Below are positions 9,092 to 19,265 of a stretch of DNA of 64,000 nt, piece by piece. The stretch lies in IMG/VR virus record IMGVR_UViG_3300008448_011290; one strand, given 5' to 3'. Below the pieces are notes generated by a model. That model was not told the origin of the DNA. It ran no database searches and worked only from the letters and a program-made list of their open reading frames with translations. Position 1 is the first letter of the stretch, and every line of letters begins with the position of its first letter. The position numbers were made by a program, and so were the translations under genes. Origin of the DNA: a virus.

Positions 9092-11758
9092 TTAAGCCAT
9101 TTCAAATAGTTTGTTAAATGTATTAGAACTCTCTGTGGATCTCACGTCCCATTCCAGCACACCTATTAAGTTTTCAATCTTACCATCCAGCACACTCTCT
9201 TCCATACCATCTGAATCAAACGGTAACTCTTTAAACCATTCTGGCAATCTTTGCTCATCCACAGGATATGCTATAGAAGTATAACCTAAAGGATTATTCT
9301 TTAATTTGCATACAATCACCTTAGCACCATCTAGGATAGGCATACTGTATTTGTCACTATACATCTCTCTGCATCGGTTCCAATTGATGCTGGCTCTTAC
9401 GTGTCCTGGCATATTAGTTTTGCCTTTTTTCTTTTCTTCTTCGTGATATTCTGTAATGTTATTAGCACGTTTAGGAGAACCTTTTTCCCAACCTGGTCTA
9501 GATTTAAATTCTGCTCGGAATTGTTTAATCTTATCCAATACTTCTGTTTCAGTTTTACCTACCAGTACTAGATACAATACTTCACTTAAAAAATCCTGTA
9601 CAAATACCGGAGTATCTGAACGTTTAAGATCCAATCCCATGGCTTTTACTTTGCCTTCTTTGCCTGCTGTGTCCACACGCTCATTCTCTTTGTCAAAATA
9701 CAGCAGTGCATATCTTTTTTTAGTTATAAACAATCCTTTGGATGCAACTAATTCTCGACCTGCTCGTATCACATCACCGCGAGTTTTAGGACAATGGAAT
9801 GCTCGAGTCATGAATGCTGAGAATGTTTCATTTACTTCTTCGGCTATACGATCATAGAGAGCAATAATATTCTCTTTGCCCCATGGTATCTGCCCACCGT
9901 CTATTTCTTTTTTTAGAGTAGCATAAGCAGAAAAATACACCGAGTCTGTGTCACCATATATCACACTCTCTCCCACGTGATCATATCGACCTGCAATAAT
10001 TTCATTGGTCTTAGCAGCCATGTGTTGCGTAATACATCTGCCAGTTAATGTTACTGATTGTCCTATACGCATGTCAAAGAAACGACAACCTGGATTTAGA
10101 ATTGCACCATACAGAGAGTTTAGATTAATTTTTTTAACTAACTGTCTTTTATCCCAAAACTCTCTTTCGATAGCATTATCTCCACATTCATTCATTCTTT
10201 TTTGCATGTCTTTTCTTTCAGCATACCATCTTTTTAATAATCCTGGAATAACACCTTCAAATTCATATGTGAATATAGTACCATTGGCAGAGATCATCCA
10301 CTGTCTGTTACCATCAAACACAAGATCATACAGTTGTGCTGCACTCATTCTCACACTAGTACCATCTTCCCAATCAATGATTAATTCTGTGCCTTTGTCC
10401 TTGTTCATCACTGCTTGATACTCCCAACAACCAAACTGTCCTTCCCATGCAGTAGCAAATGATTTGCCTTGATGTTTCGCTCTGTTTATTTCTGCAGATG
10501 TAATCACCGGACGTATCTGTCCTACGATAGTTTCTGGACCCATATTTAGAGCTCGAATCACAGATGGATACAGTGAGTTTATGTCCACTGATCCGATCCA
10601 GTCATGTATGCCTTTTTTGGGATATGCCACATAGGCTCCTGCTGCTGATTCCACAGGTGCTGATTCATCTCTTTTTGCTCGACCCGGTACTATCATGCCT
10701 CGACGATGTGCTTCATTGATAATAGCTTGTTCTGTAACTGCCACTGCTCCCATGGTGGTTTGCAATAACACAGTGTTCTGATGTGCAATCTCATTGGCTA
10801 ATTCAATAAATTTTAATTTCTTTTCTAATTTTGCTAATAGATTACAGTCTTGTCGGTTGTATTCTATGAACATGCCAAAATCATTGTTGTACAATTGATC
10901 CAATGATCCTTCATACACAGTTTTCTTTTCATCCAATTCCCATTCGCCTATGGCATCTAAACGATAACTGTGACGTTCTTCATAGGTATATTTTCTATAT
11001 AATTCTAATAAATCTAAATGTACTCGACCAATTAAATCATAACTGATCTGTTCTCGACCATATTTCTCAAATGTTCTTTTTTTAGGTTTTTCTCCCCAAA
11101 AGCATAATCTTCGAGTATCATCGGAACTCAATACTTTCTGTATTCTTCCCACAACATAGGGTATATCATATCCTTCCGAGTTCCAACCACTGATAACATC
11201 TCCTTCGTCCACTAGTGTTAAGAAAGCATCTAGCATGTCTTTTTCTTTTTCGAACAACATTACATTGCTGAATCTTTCCACTTGCAATTTAGCATCTGCC
11301 ATGCTCAATCCTTTGGGAGGTATTGCAAAAGTTACGAGCTGATCAGTCCAGTTGAGATAACAAGTGATTGCTGTGATGGGCATGAAAGGATCATCTGTGG
11401 TAGAATATCCACGCTGTGGATCGAAGTCCACTTCAATATCAAAGAACACCACATTGAGTTTGGGAGCATCTTTGCCTAGATAATTCTCTTCAAGACAACG
11501 AAAGACAGGATTGATATCCTGCTCAAACAATTTTTTATTGCTCCTAATTTTTTGTTCTTTTATAAACTCTTTAAACGTACTACAAGAAACTTTCTGTAGA
11601 GTTTCTCCGTGTATGCTTCTATGTTTTCCTCGAGGATCTGGATAATAGAATACATATCGAGCATCATAATCCACAAATCTTCTCTGACCGTTGGCATCAC
11701 GTTCTACTACCAACACCTTGTCGTCATCTCTGCGATAATAAGCGTCTATGTAACTCAT
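9092..11758 (-). CDS. polB: Family B DNA polymerase
   Basis: Exo I FDIE, DINSLYPS, KINLNSLYG, YGDTDS, KKRYA. Confidence 0.97.
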   Translation of the reverse strand: MSYIDAYYRRDDDKVLVVERDANGQRRFVDYDARYVFYYPDPRGKHRSIHGETLQKVSCSTFKEFIKEQKIRSNKKLFEQDINPVFRCLEENYLGKDAPKLNVVFFDIEVDFDPQRGYSTTDDPFMPITAITCYLNWTDQLVTFAIPPKGLSMADAKLQVERFSNVMLFEKEKDMLDAFLTLVDEGDVISGWNSEGYDIPYVVGRIQKVLSSDDTRRLCFWGEKPKKRTFEKYGREQISYDLIGRVHLDLLELYRKYTYEERHSYRLDAIGEWELDEKKTVYEGSLDQLYNNDFGMFIEYNRQDCNLLAKLEKKLKFIELANEIAHQNTVLLQTTMGAVAVTEQAIINEAHRRGMIVPGRAKRDESAPVESAAGAYVAYPKKGIHDWIGSVDINSLYPSVIRALNMGPETIVGQIRPVITSAEINRAKHQGKSFATAWEGQFGCWEYQAVMNKDKGTELIIDWEDGTSVRMSAAQLYDLVFDGNRQWMISANGTIFTYEFEGVIPGLLKRWYAERKDMQKRMNECGDNAIEREFWDKRQLVKKINLNSLYGAILNPGCRFFDMRIGQSVTLTGRCITQHMAAKTNEIIAGRYDHVGESVIYGDTDSVYFSAYATLKKEIDGGQIPWGKENIIALYDRIAEEVNETFSAFMTRAFHCPKTRGDVIRAGRELVASKGLFITKKRYALLYFDKENERVDTAGKEGKVKAMGLDLKRSDTPVFVQDFLSEVLYLVLVGKTETEVLDKIKQFRAEFKSRPGWEKGSPKRANNITEYHEEEKKKGKTNMPGHVRASINWNRCREMYSDKYSMPILDGAKVIVCKLKNNPLGYTSIAYPVDEQRLPEWFKELPFDSDGMEESVLDGKIENLIGVLEWDVRSTESSNTFNKLFEMA

Positions 11759-12036
11759 TTAAAAAATACTAGATAATTTCCGATACAATTCATTATTGTA
11801 AACCAACTAGCCAACATAGTTATCCATAGGTTTCTTCTACGATAAGCAGAATAGGCCATAGTAGAGGACCCTAACAGATAAAACGGAAACACCAAATTCA
11901 TTTGAGGGTGTGGACTGGTGAATGTCAGCACTAGAGAACCAAATATAGTGAATATCAAAGAGATCAGTTCATAATAAAATGCTACACGATCTGTTCGATA
12001 ACTATTGATCCAAAATTGTTTTACAATACCATACAC
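11755..12036 (-). CDS. Small multi-pass membrane protein
   Basis: Three hydrophobic segments. Confidence 0.6.
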   Translation of the reverse strand: MYGIVKQFWINSYRTDRVAFYYELISLIFTIFGSLVLTFTSPHPQMNLVFPFYLLGSSTMAYSAYRRRNLWITMLASWFTIMNCIGNYLVFFK

Positions 12037-12293
12037 TAGATTTTGCCTGCTGCAGTCAATATGCTGTCTAACATATCCATATCATCGGCCACAGCTTTAT
12101 AATTGTCTCGGTGAGCGATAGAGATGGCTTTGTTAATCAATGCTGGTTTAAGTTCTAATTCTTCTGATAGAGCTTTTACTGTGTCTTTGAGACCAGCTTT
12201 AAGATCGTCTATCTCTCCTAACACTTGTGATCCTTCTTTGATCAGTTGTATTAGTTTGGTTTTTTCTGCTTCGTTGAAATTTCTTCCTGACAT
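12036..12293 (-). CDS. T4 DsbA-like double-stranded DNA-binding protein
   Basis: 85-aa helical protein (EG..VL.EI.DL..GL.DTVKA..EEL). AGGAG RBS and TTGATT-N17-TATAAT upstream. Confidence 0.65.
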   Translation of the reverse strand: MSGRNFNEAEKTKLIQLIKEGSQVLGEIDDLKAGLKDTVKALSEELELKPALINKAISIAHRDNYKAVADDMDMLDSILTAAGKI

Positions 12294-12350
12294 TTTTTCT
12301 CCTTTGTAATTGTTGTTATGTATTATATAACTCTAGGACGATTAAATCAA

Positions 12351-12938
12351 TTACTTTTTCGCGGATTTAGTAATATTGGTCCAACGAGATTCAAACCAAG
12401 TTTTTAAATTACCTTGAATTGCTTCTGGTAAGATCAACTCGCCTGATGTTTTGGAATAAGTGACGCTTTCTAAAACAGCCTTTATTGCTTCATTTTTGGT
12501 AATTTTTTTCTTCTCTGCTGATTTTAGCACTTCATAGTAGTCTGGTCTCTCATTTAGATGGTCTAATGCAATTTCCATAGCTACTTCAAACTGATCTGTG
12601 TGTTCTTTTTCTACTTGTATGCCTGCTCGCAATTGATCTAATATATATTTTGTAGATTTATTAAATTTTTTTGCAATGTCTTGAATAGTGGGTGTGGGTT
12701 TATCCAATAGATTTGATTCTAATTTAGGATTAGGACTTGCCGGAGAAGGTCTAGGATCTTCTGATTCTCCCATAAGATGTACAGGATCTTTTACAAAATT
12801 TTTAATTCTTTTCAATCCTCTTGATCCTGCACTAATTGGTCTTTCTACTTGTGCATCAACATCCACGGTACCGTGATCTTTTAGACGCATCATATCGTCT
12901 AGGTATTGTTTATAAGAAAAAATAGGTATCTGACTCAT
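12351..12938 (-). CDS. DUF5661-like phage protein
   Basis: QL..GIQVEKEHT....AMEIALDHL.E.PDYY; late promoter upstream. Confidence 0.6.
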   Translation of the reverse strand: MSQIPIFSYKQYLDDMMRLKDHGTVDVDAQVERPISAGSRGLKRIKNFVKDPVHLMGESEDPRPSPASPNPKLESNLLDKPTPTIQDIAKKFNKSTKYILDQLRAGIQVEKEHTDQFEVAMEIALDHLNERPDYYEVLKSAEKKKITKNEAIKAVLESVTYSKTSGELILPEAIQGNLKTWFESRWTNITKSAKK

Positions 12939-12990
12939 ATTTGTATTTATTTTGTTTTTTGATTACTCGTTTCCTTGCTACTCATGGAAA

Positions 12991-14013
12991 CTATTTTTTA
13001 GTTTCAGAAAGCTCGTCTTTGTATTCTAAATTTTCATCAACCATATCTCCCAAAGCACTCATAACTGCTTCAGGTGGAGACATTGTGTTTATAGAGACTG
13101 ATGAAAAATCTGCTTCGCTGGGTTGAACTTCTGCTTGTATACCAGCATTTTTTAAAATAGTTTTAATAGCTGTAGCTTCTGTGTCTGATGTTGGACGATC
13201 TCTGTCAAAATCTCCTGCTAGTCTCACATCAAATTGTCTTGCTTCTGATTGTCCTTGGAATCCTGCGGCTTCATCTGTGTTCTCCTCTTTAGGTTCCGTT
13301 TTTTCTTCTTTTTCTTGTTTAGGTTCTTCAGCAACTGTTTCTGCTTCTGGTTGTTTCTCTTGAACCACTTCTGCTTTTTCTTCAGCTGCTTTTTCTTTTT
13401 CTGCGATAACTGCTTGTTCTAATTTTTCTGCGTCAGCGATAATTTCTTTAGTTTCTTCAGTTTTAACAAGAATGTTTGATGATTCTTCGTTGTAGATTGC
13501 TTCATTGTCTGAAATGCTGTTGTATAACTCAACCAATGCTGACTCATCGCATGACTTGATATACTCTTGAATATCTTTTTGTACCACTTCTCTGAATGTT
13601 TTTGCATCATAGGTTTGTTCTTCTTTTTGTTCTGCTTTTAATTCTGCTAATTTAGATTCTAACTCAGCAATTTTTTCTAATCTATTTTCTTTTTTCTTTG
13701 CTTCCTTTATTGTTTTCTTAGGAGCTTTTTTATCAGATTCTTCTATAGCTTTTGTGATATCACTCTTCTCACCTGTAATTGATTCAATTAATTTTTCTGC
13801 TTTGGGTGAAATTTTTGTAGGTTCTTTGAATTCTTTAATACCGGCTAACTTTGCAATATCCGCTAATGATATTTGTCTATCATCTAGTACTCTTGGTTCT
13901 TTTTTAGCTGCTTCTAGTAATTCCTGTCTCTCTTGCTCAGGAGTAATATTGCTCATCTCATTTAAGCGTTTAACTAGATCTGCAAACCCGTCGTTGTATG
14001 TTTTACGTGTCAT
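12991..14013 (-). CDS. E/K-rich late protein (scaffold or internal-head candidate)
   Basis: Coiled-coil composition, LAGI motif, perfect TATAAATA upstream. Confidence 0.55.
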   Translation of the reverse strand: MTRKTYNDGFADLVKRLNEMSNITPEQERQELLEAAKKEPRVLDDRQISLADIAKLAGIKEFKEPTKISPKAEKLIESITGEKSDITKAIEESDKKAPKKTIKEAKKKENRLEKIAELESKLAELKAEQKEEQTYDAKTFREVVQKDIQEYIKSCDESALVELYNSISDNEAIYNEESSNILVKTEETKEIIADAEKLEQAVIAEKEKAAEEKAEVVQEKQPEAETVAEEPKQEKEEKTEPKEENTDEAAGFQGQSEARQFDVRLAGDFDRDRPTSDTEATAIKTILKNAGIQAEVQPSEADFSSVSINTMSPPEAVMSALGDMVDENLEYKDELSETKK

Positions 14014-14019
14014 ATGAAG

Positions 14020-14027
14020 TATTTATA
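14020..14027 (-). promoter_or_regulatory. T4-type late promoter TATAAATA
   Basis: Exact consensus 6 nt upstream of ATG 14013. Confidence 0.7.
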
Positions 14028-14053
14028 AAATCTTGTATTATAATAATATATTA

Positions 14054-15667
14054 TTATTTCAGCTTATTTGCAAGTTTTTCGGCTAATTTAGACTCGTATT
14101 TCACACAGTTATCCACTCTTTTGCCACCTTTCATCTTGGTGCCCATGCGTCTATAACCTTTCCAGCATGCTTTACCATCTAACCCTTTTTGTTTTTCTTC
14201 AGTGTTTATGCTCTGTCCTTCACCGCCTACTAAATCGCCTGCTCGTGCTGGTCTTTTCATTGTGCCGGTTAAATGTGCTGCTGGTCCTAACTTGTGTTTA
14301 TTGCTGCCTGCGAATGCGCTCTTAGGCAACATAGATTCTTTGCTTTTATTATAATCTTTAATAGGTGACATGATCTTGTCTATAATCTTATCTTTAAAAC
14401 TCTCGTTTTCTTTTTTATATTCTGTTGGCATAAATTTAGAATATCTATCCTGCATATTTTTTACCGTGTTTAGGTTCTGTCCAGAATTTAAACTTATCTT
14501 TGCTGTCTCTATATCCTGCTTGATATTCTTTATCATCTGTTGATCGTTTTTTTGGTTAGCAACGTCTAATGCCTTGTTCATGGCCTGAATCACTGGCACG
14601 CTGTTGTCCATGGCGTTGTTAATTGATCCAATGCCTGCCACACTGCCCACAATGATGCCAGCAGCAGCAATTCTTTGTAACCAATCTTTTAATCCTTCAT
14701 CTAATTCTATTTCTTTTAAATTATTGTAATTTTTTTTAAAGTAATCCTGTGCCACATTATAATTGCTGGATGAGAACACTGTCTTGCTATCTTTGTCCAG
14801 CACATTCCACTTGCCATCTGCAGCTTGACTCACATAAGGTTTTTGTGTGCTTTCAAAATGTTTTGAATAAGGATTTCTTTTAGCAAATTCTCTGCCATAT
14901 CGAAATTCTTGACCCTGTGCTAATTCTTTGGCTGAGAAACCTGGACGTATAACTCCACCAGCATGTTGTTTGGCGAAATCTTCTCTTTTTTTGAAAAATG
15001 CTCTGATCTCATCTGGAGACATACTGTCCAATTTGGCTTTAGTCTTCGCCATTGATGATGGTAGTCTAGAACCTGCTTCGTTGGTTTTTCTATTTTCTTG
15101 AGCACGTTCTTTTTCAAATTGGTGTACTCTTTTCTTTAATATATTCAGCATGCCAGGTTTGGTCTCTACGTCATCCACAGGAGTTTCTGTGGCTAGAATT
15201 TCATCGATATTCTTTTTTACTATTTCAGCATGCTTCTGATGTAGATCTCCTATTTCTTCTCTGTAGGGATTTAATCTTTGATAGTCTTCATAATGATACA
15301 CTGCGTCCAGCATGTCCACTGCTCGATTCATTTTAGTTTGTAGCCAAGCTTCAATATCATCGCCAGGTCGTACTATAGAAGCAATCTGCAGAGCATATTT
15401 GGCAGTTGCATACAACTGTGATTTTGACATGTGTCCTTCTCCAGCGTCTTCTGAGAATGTTTGTCCTTCTAAATAATTTCCAATAGATGCGATATAACCT
15501 GATGCTAGATCAATTTTTTTAGCCACCCAAGATTCCATTTCTTGGTCGTTGTTTAATAAGTTATGAATTTTTATTGCGTATTTGCCTGCTCTAATAGCCT
15601 GTTTAATGAACATACTGGCTTCATATGTGTCCGGTTGTACTGGTACATTTAATTCATTAATACGCAT
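14054..15667 (-). CDS. Modular late protein, probable internal head protein
   Basis: Starts MRINE after TAAATA; duplicated ~50-aa module; C-terminal CWKGY...GTKMK..KRVDNCVK module. Confidence 0.6.
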   Translation of the reverse strand: MRINELNVPVQPDTYEASMFIKQAIRAGKYAIKIHNLLNNDQEMESWVAKKIDLASGYIASIGNYLEGQTFSEDAGEGHMSKSQLYATAKYALQIASIVRPGDDIEAWLQTKMNRAVDMLDAVYHYEDYQRLNPYREEIGDLHQKHAEIVKKNIDEILATETPVDDVETKPGMLNILKKRVHQFEKERAQENRKTNEAGSRLPSSMAKTKAKLDSMSPDEIRAFFKKREDFAKQHAGGVIRPGFSAKELAQGQEFRYGREFAKRNPYSKHFESTQKPYVSQAADGKWNVLDKDSKTVFSSSNYNVAQDYFKKNYNNLKEIELDEGLKDWLQRIAAAGIIVGSVAGIGSINNAMDNSVPVIQAMNKALDVANQKNDQQMIKNIKQDIETAKISLNSGQNLNTVKNMQDRYSKFMPTEYKKENESFKDKIIDKIMSPIKDYNKSKESMLPKSAFAGSNKHKLGPAAHLTGTMKRPARAGDLVGGEGQSINTEEKQKGLDGKACWKGYRRMGTKMKGGKRVDNCVKYESKLAEKLANKLK

Positions 15668-15675
15668 GTGCTTAT

Positions 15676-15840
15676 TTATGCTGGTTGACAACGGTTGCAG
15701 TGGCAGTTACGGCAAACTTCTATGGTCCACTCACGCACCGTTTTATCATTAATAGTCTCTTGCTCTTTTCTTTTGAGAGTTTTTTTACAATGGCTGGATC
15801 CGCCACAGTTGATACAGTAAGGTTTTTCTTTCTTGCTCAT
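15676..15840 (-). CDS. 54-aa Cys-rich (putative Zn-binding) protein, absent from ORF track
   Basis: MSKKEKPYCINCGGSSHCKK...IEVCRNCHCNRCQPA fills the intergenic gap. Confidence 0.65.
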   Translation of the reverse strand: MSKKEKPYCINCGGSSHCKKTLKRKEQETINDKTVREWTIEVCRNCHCNRCQPA

Positions 15841-15855
15841 TATTTTTATTTAATC

Positions 15856-17157
15856 TTATCTTAGATATCCAATATCTTTTCTATATGTAAAATTACCCAT
15901 ATTTTTGTTTTTTAAGAATGCATATAGATTGTCGCTAGCTAAGTCTATGTTATCAGCAGTTGTTGTAATTACTGAAGAAAGTGAATTTTGTTGTGTATTA
16001 TATTGAATACAAATATTTTCAATAGGAGGATATAGTTCTGGAAATTGAATAATATTATTTTTTCTTAAATCTAAATTATATTCTTTATTAATTATTCGTA
16101 TCGATACTGCTGATTTATTAGAAAATTTAACTGGTTTTAATTCTTGGTTTGTTGCTGCTTTATAAAAAAGATCAACAATATTATCATCTATTACAGATAA
16201 AATACTTTGTATTTCTGGGCAACCTGGACGTGTGTTTATTTCTAAAACAATAGGAGTTCCATTTTTATCAATAATAATTCCTAAATATAAAAAACCAATA
16301 TAACTAATTCTTTTTTCTTTTAATAGTTTACGTAAACGATCTATATAAGAATGAATAATAGGATTCACATCAGTAACAGGACTATAAGATCCCATACCAG
16401 CAGTGTTATATCCTTGATCATTTTCATATCTTTTTTTATAATCTCTAGCACATCCTAAATATGTCCAACTAGTATCGTTCATTAATGCATGATATGAAAA
16501 TTCTCTAATGCCATCAATATATTCCTCGATAAGAAATTTTTGATTTTCAAAAAATTTTGTTGTTAATAAATCAGTAGTTTCTTTTTTTAATAAATCAAAT
16601 TCTTCTTTATAATTTTCATTTGTAATAATTATTGTTGGAGATTTAGGATTAGAACCTTCAAGGAAATTTTTTCCTACTAATTCTTCTCGCCAATATTGAT
16701 CATATTTTAAAACAAATGGTCGAGGTATATTTAAAAATTCTTTAATTAATTCTTGAAGATTATATTCTTTACTAACAGAAGTTGGTATTCCAGCTTCCTT
16801 AAGGAACTTTTTTCCTATAATTTTAGACCATTCTAACATACCTACTTGTCTGTTAGACATTAATACTGCTGCCTTACTATTTTTCATTTTATTGTAAAAT
16901 TCTGTCCACAATTGATATTGATTATTCATAGGAAGAATTAAATCAACAATATTTTTGTAAGGAAATTCTAAAATAAATTCTTTATTTTTTTCAACAGTAA
17001 TATCTGAATAAAACAATGATATTGGAATATATCGATCAGTTTTTAAAGAATTTATAGGAGCACCTAAATGATACATGGTTTCGACTTTGTTACATTTTAA
17101 CATAGTTTGTACTATAAAATCTGTACTAGCAGAATTACCAAGAATAGCAATTTTCAT
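15856..17157 (-). CDS. Divergent PurD-like (GAR synthetase-type) ATP-grasp ligase
   Basis: LEWSK...K.FL..AGIPT, RDYKK...NDQGYNTAGMGSYSP, LEINTRPGCPEIQ, C-terminal YRKDIG. Confidence 0.75.
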   Translation of the reverse strand: MKIAILGNSASTDFIVQTMLKCNKVETMYHLGAPINSLKTDRYIPISLFYSDITVEKNKEFILEFPYKNIVDLILPMNNQYQLWTEFYNKMKNSKAAVLMSNRQVGMLEWSKIIGKKFLKEAGIPTSVSKEYNLQELIKEFLNIPRPFVLKYDQYWREELVGKNFLEGSNPKSPTIIITNENYKEEFDLLKKETTDLLTTKFFENQKFLIEEYIDGIREFSYHALMNDTSWTYLGCARDYKKRYENDQGYNTAGMGSYSPVTDVNPIIHSYIDRLRKLLKEKRISYIGFLYLGIIIDKNGTPIVLEINTRPGCPEIQSILSVIDDNIVDLFYKAATNQELKPVKFSNKSAVSIRIINKEYNLDLRKNNIIQFPELYPPIENICIQYNTQQNSLSSVITTTADNIDLASDNLYAFLKNKNMGNFTYRKDIGYLR

Positions 17158-17162
17158 AAAAA

Positions 17163-17170
17163 TATTTATA
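17163..17170 (-). promoter_or_regulatory. T4-type late promoter TATAAATA
   Basis: Exact consensus 5 nt upstream of ATG 17157. Confidence 0.6.
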
Positions 17171-17200
17171 ATTAAAAATTATAGGAAGTTTTTTAATTTA

Positions 17201-17464
17201 TTATCTTCTCACCAGTGGCCCACCAAATAGACTGGTGCCTGCTAATTCGTGTGCGCCTTTGGCAGTGCCATTGGAATTTTTTGGTGTGTATGCTGCAGGC
17301 ACTCGAGGTGCTCGTTTTCCTGACTGTCCTGGTGTGCCTGTGTAACTCTTCTTAAATCTATCTGGTCCTATAGCGATATGCGGAGAAACAACCGTAGCAA
17401 TACTGCCTGATGATGTGGCTCCTGCTGATGCTGTTTCTCTAATCAGTATTTCGTTGATTCTCAT
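17201..17464 (-). CDS. Small late protein with MRINE N-terminus
   Basis: MRINEILIRETASAGATSSGSIA; TAAATA 8 nt upstream. Confidence 0.65.
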   Translation of the reverse strand: MRINEILIRETASAGATSSGSIATVVSPHIAIGPDRFKKSYTGTPGQSGKRAPRVPAAYTPKNSNGTAKGAHELAGTSLFGGPLVRR

Positions 17465-17465
17465 T

Positions 17466-18308
17466 CTACTTGTATTTATTGCTTAAAGGTACAACAAAAT
17501 CTTTTACAAAGAAACGATTGATGTAAAAAAATCCCTTAGGAGTTATACCTTTAGGCCAATATATGTTATGTTTTTTTTCCATAGTGATATGTAACACAGC
17601 ATCACCACCAAACACAGGATCTAATTTTGATCTTTGTTTTCCTGTATTATCAAACAGCGTAAAATATTGATTTAAATTTAGAGGCCATCCAACCTTTTTT
17701 TTATAAAATTGTAAAATTTTTCGAAGATTGTATGAACACCCACGACGTGAATATACTTGTAAAAAATTTTCTGTATAATTTATAGGATCTTCAAACAACG
17801 AATAAGGGATAATATAAAAGTGACTCAAGTATACTAATGTTGATTTGGACATAAATCCATTTGTATAATCACTGTCAGCATTTTTTATCTCTATACGCAA
17901 TTCATATTGTGCTGTCTTTAAAACTTCGTTGTCTATAACATAAACAAGAATTTTAGGGTGTTTTATATTTGATAGAGTGTTAAATTCTGGATCAAATTCT
18001 TTACAAATTTCTACAAATGAAATTTTACTCATTCCTTTTTTATCCCACCAAAAGTTATCTAATATATGGTTTTTTTCAAATAGACTTGGATCCAATTCGT
18101 TTTGTCCTACATGTAATTGACGTGATAGAAAAGAACTATCTACATTTTCATTGCTTAAAAATGATAGCTTTTTATCTCTCACATATTCTTCTGTATAAAA
18201 TTCAGAAATCTCTATCTCGTCGATCATGATGTCGCCCACATAGATCCTGGCCGTGGGTGCCTTCTTGTAAATTTGACAATAGAAACCTAAAAATATGACC
18301 TGCTTCAT
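17466..18308 (-). CDS. Hypothetical protein
   Basis: 280-aa AT-rich ORF; N-terminus weakly resembles 22237..22716 (KAP.A.I). Confidence 0.6.
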   Translation of the reverse strand: MKQVIFLGFYCQIYKKAPTARIYVGDIMIDEIEISEFYTEEYVRDKKLSFLSNENVDSSFLSRQLHVGQNELDPSLFEKNHILDNFWWDKKGMSKISFVEICKEFDPEFNTLSNIKHPKILVYVIDNEVLKTAQYELRIEIKNADSDYTNGFMSKSTLVYLSHFYIIPYSLFEDPINYTENFLQVYSRRGCSYNLRKILQFYKKKVGWPLNLNQYFTLFDNTGKQRSKLDPVFGGDAVLHITMEKKHNIYWPKGITPKGFFYINRFFVKDFVVPLSNKYK

Positions 18309-18338
18309 ATCTTTAGTTATTTTCTTTTAGTTTGAGTA

Positions 18339-18653
18339 TTATTTTTTTCGGCCTTGGCGCATGTTAATCTGCCAGTGTGCCAGTTGTTTTTTACGTGGCG
18401 AAGCAGTTTTAGAACTGCGTATCTTTTTTAATTGTGCTATGGTAGCACCTTTGGGTATGCCTGCTCGTTTAGAATCACCTGGACGACCCGGACCTTTTCC
18501 ATCAGCAAAGTTTTCATCTACAGCATTTGTTAAATGTAATTTTTTTAAATTTCTTTCGGTCTCGCTAGGTTTAACATCTGCAGTAGTATTTTGTTTGGTG
18601 ATTATACCTACACCAGCAGCATCTTCTCTCTGTATTACTTCTCGGATTTTCAT
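18339..18653 (-). CDS. Small basic protein with MKIRE N-terminus
   Basis: MKIREVIQRE...ENFADGKGPGRPG...LAHWQINM. Confidence 0.65.
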   Translation of the reverse strand: MKIREVIQREDAAGVGIITKQNTTADVKPSETERNLKKLHLTNAVDENFADGKGPGRPGDSKRAGIPKGATIAQLKKIRSSKTASPRKKQLAHWQINMRQGRKK

Positions 18654-18817
18654 TTGACTCTGAATGGATATCCCATAGGAAAACCTGGATGGTAACCCAT
18701 TTTAGTTCGTTGTTTTACTCTCTTGATGGCACGCTTCTCATATCGGTTAATGATCTTGTTCACGTCTGGGTGTATTAATTTGGGATCTTGTGTGTAGATT
18801 ATCTCTCGTATCTTCAT
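18650..18817 (-). CDS. Small basic protein with MKIRE N-terminus
   Basis: ATGA overlaps on both sides; MKIREIIY. Confidence 0.55.
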   Translation of the reverse strand: MKIREIIYTQDPKLIHPDVNKIINRYEKRAIKRVKQRTKMGYHPGFPMGYPFRVK

Positions 18818-19254
18818 TTTTTTAATGTGCTTTTCAACATCCAAGCATGTTTGCTGTGTGCGTCGATTCTTTCAGCAATAAAATTGCCAAATCCATGCAT
18901 GTGATTTGCTTCTAAAACGTCAAAAGCAGTACCAAGACTTTTTAATACTTTTTCGTTACTGTCTATTAAATTTTGCATCATTTTTTCAGCAACAGGTATT
19001 TCATCTGATTGTTGTATAGTGGCTAATTCTTTTAATCGATCAAACACTCCTGGAGCATAGGTACCCATAGATCTTAATTCTTCTGCAAACGTATCAATTG
19101 AACCAAACACTTCTTCATATATCTTGCCCAGTAACTCATGATCCTGTGAGAAGTTTCTGCCTTCTACATTCCAATGATAATAGTGTGCTTGAAGATAGAA
19201 TAGGAAAGTATCTGCGAAAGCCTGTTTTGCAATTTTACCAATTTCTGGAGTCAT
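18814..19254 (-). CDS. dps: Dps/ferritin-like protein
   Basis: HYYHWNVEG..F...H.L...YE...D..AE ferroxidase signature; H.K.AWML. Confidence 0.9.
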   Translation of the reverse strand: MTPEIGKIAKQAFADTFLFYLQAHYYHWNVEGRNFSQDHELLGKIYEEVFGSIDTFAEELRSMGTYAPGVFDRLKELATIQQSDEIPVAEKMMQNLIDSNEKVLKSLGTAFDVLEANHMHGFGNFIAERIDAHSKHAWMLKSTLKK

Positions 19255-19265
19255 ATAATATGCTT

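Noticed and set aside
9092-11758. Intein or intron in polB (extra segment after motif A)
   Set aside because: No C/S...HN splice junction or LAGLIDADG motif, and the ORF is continuous
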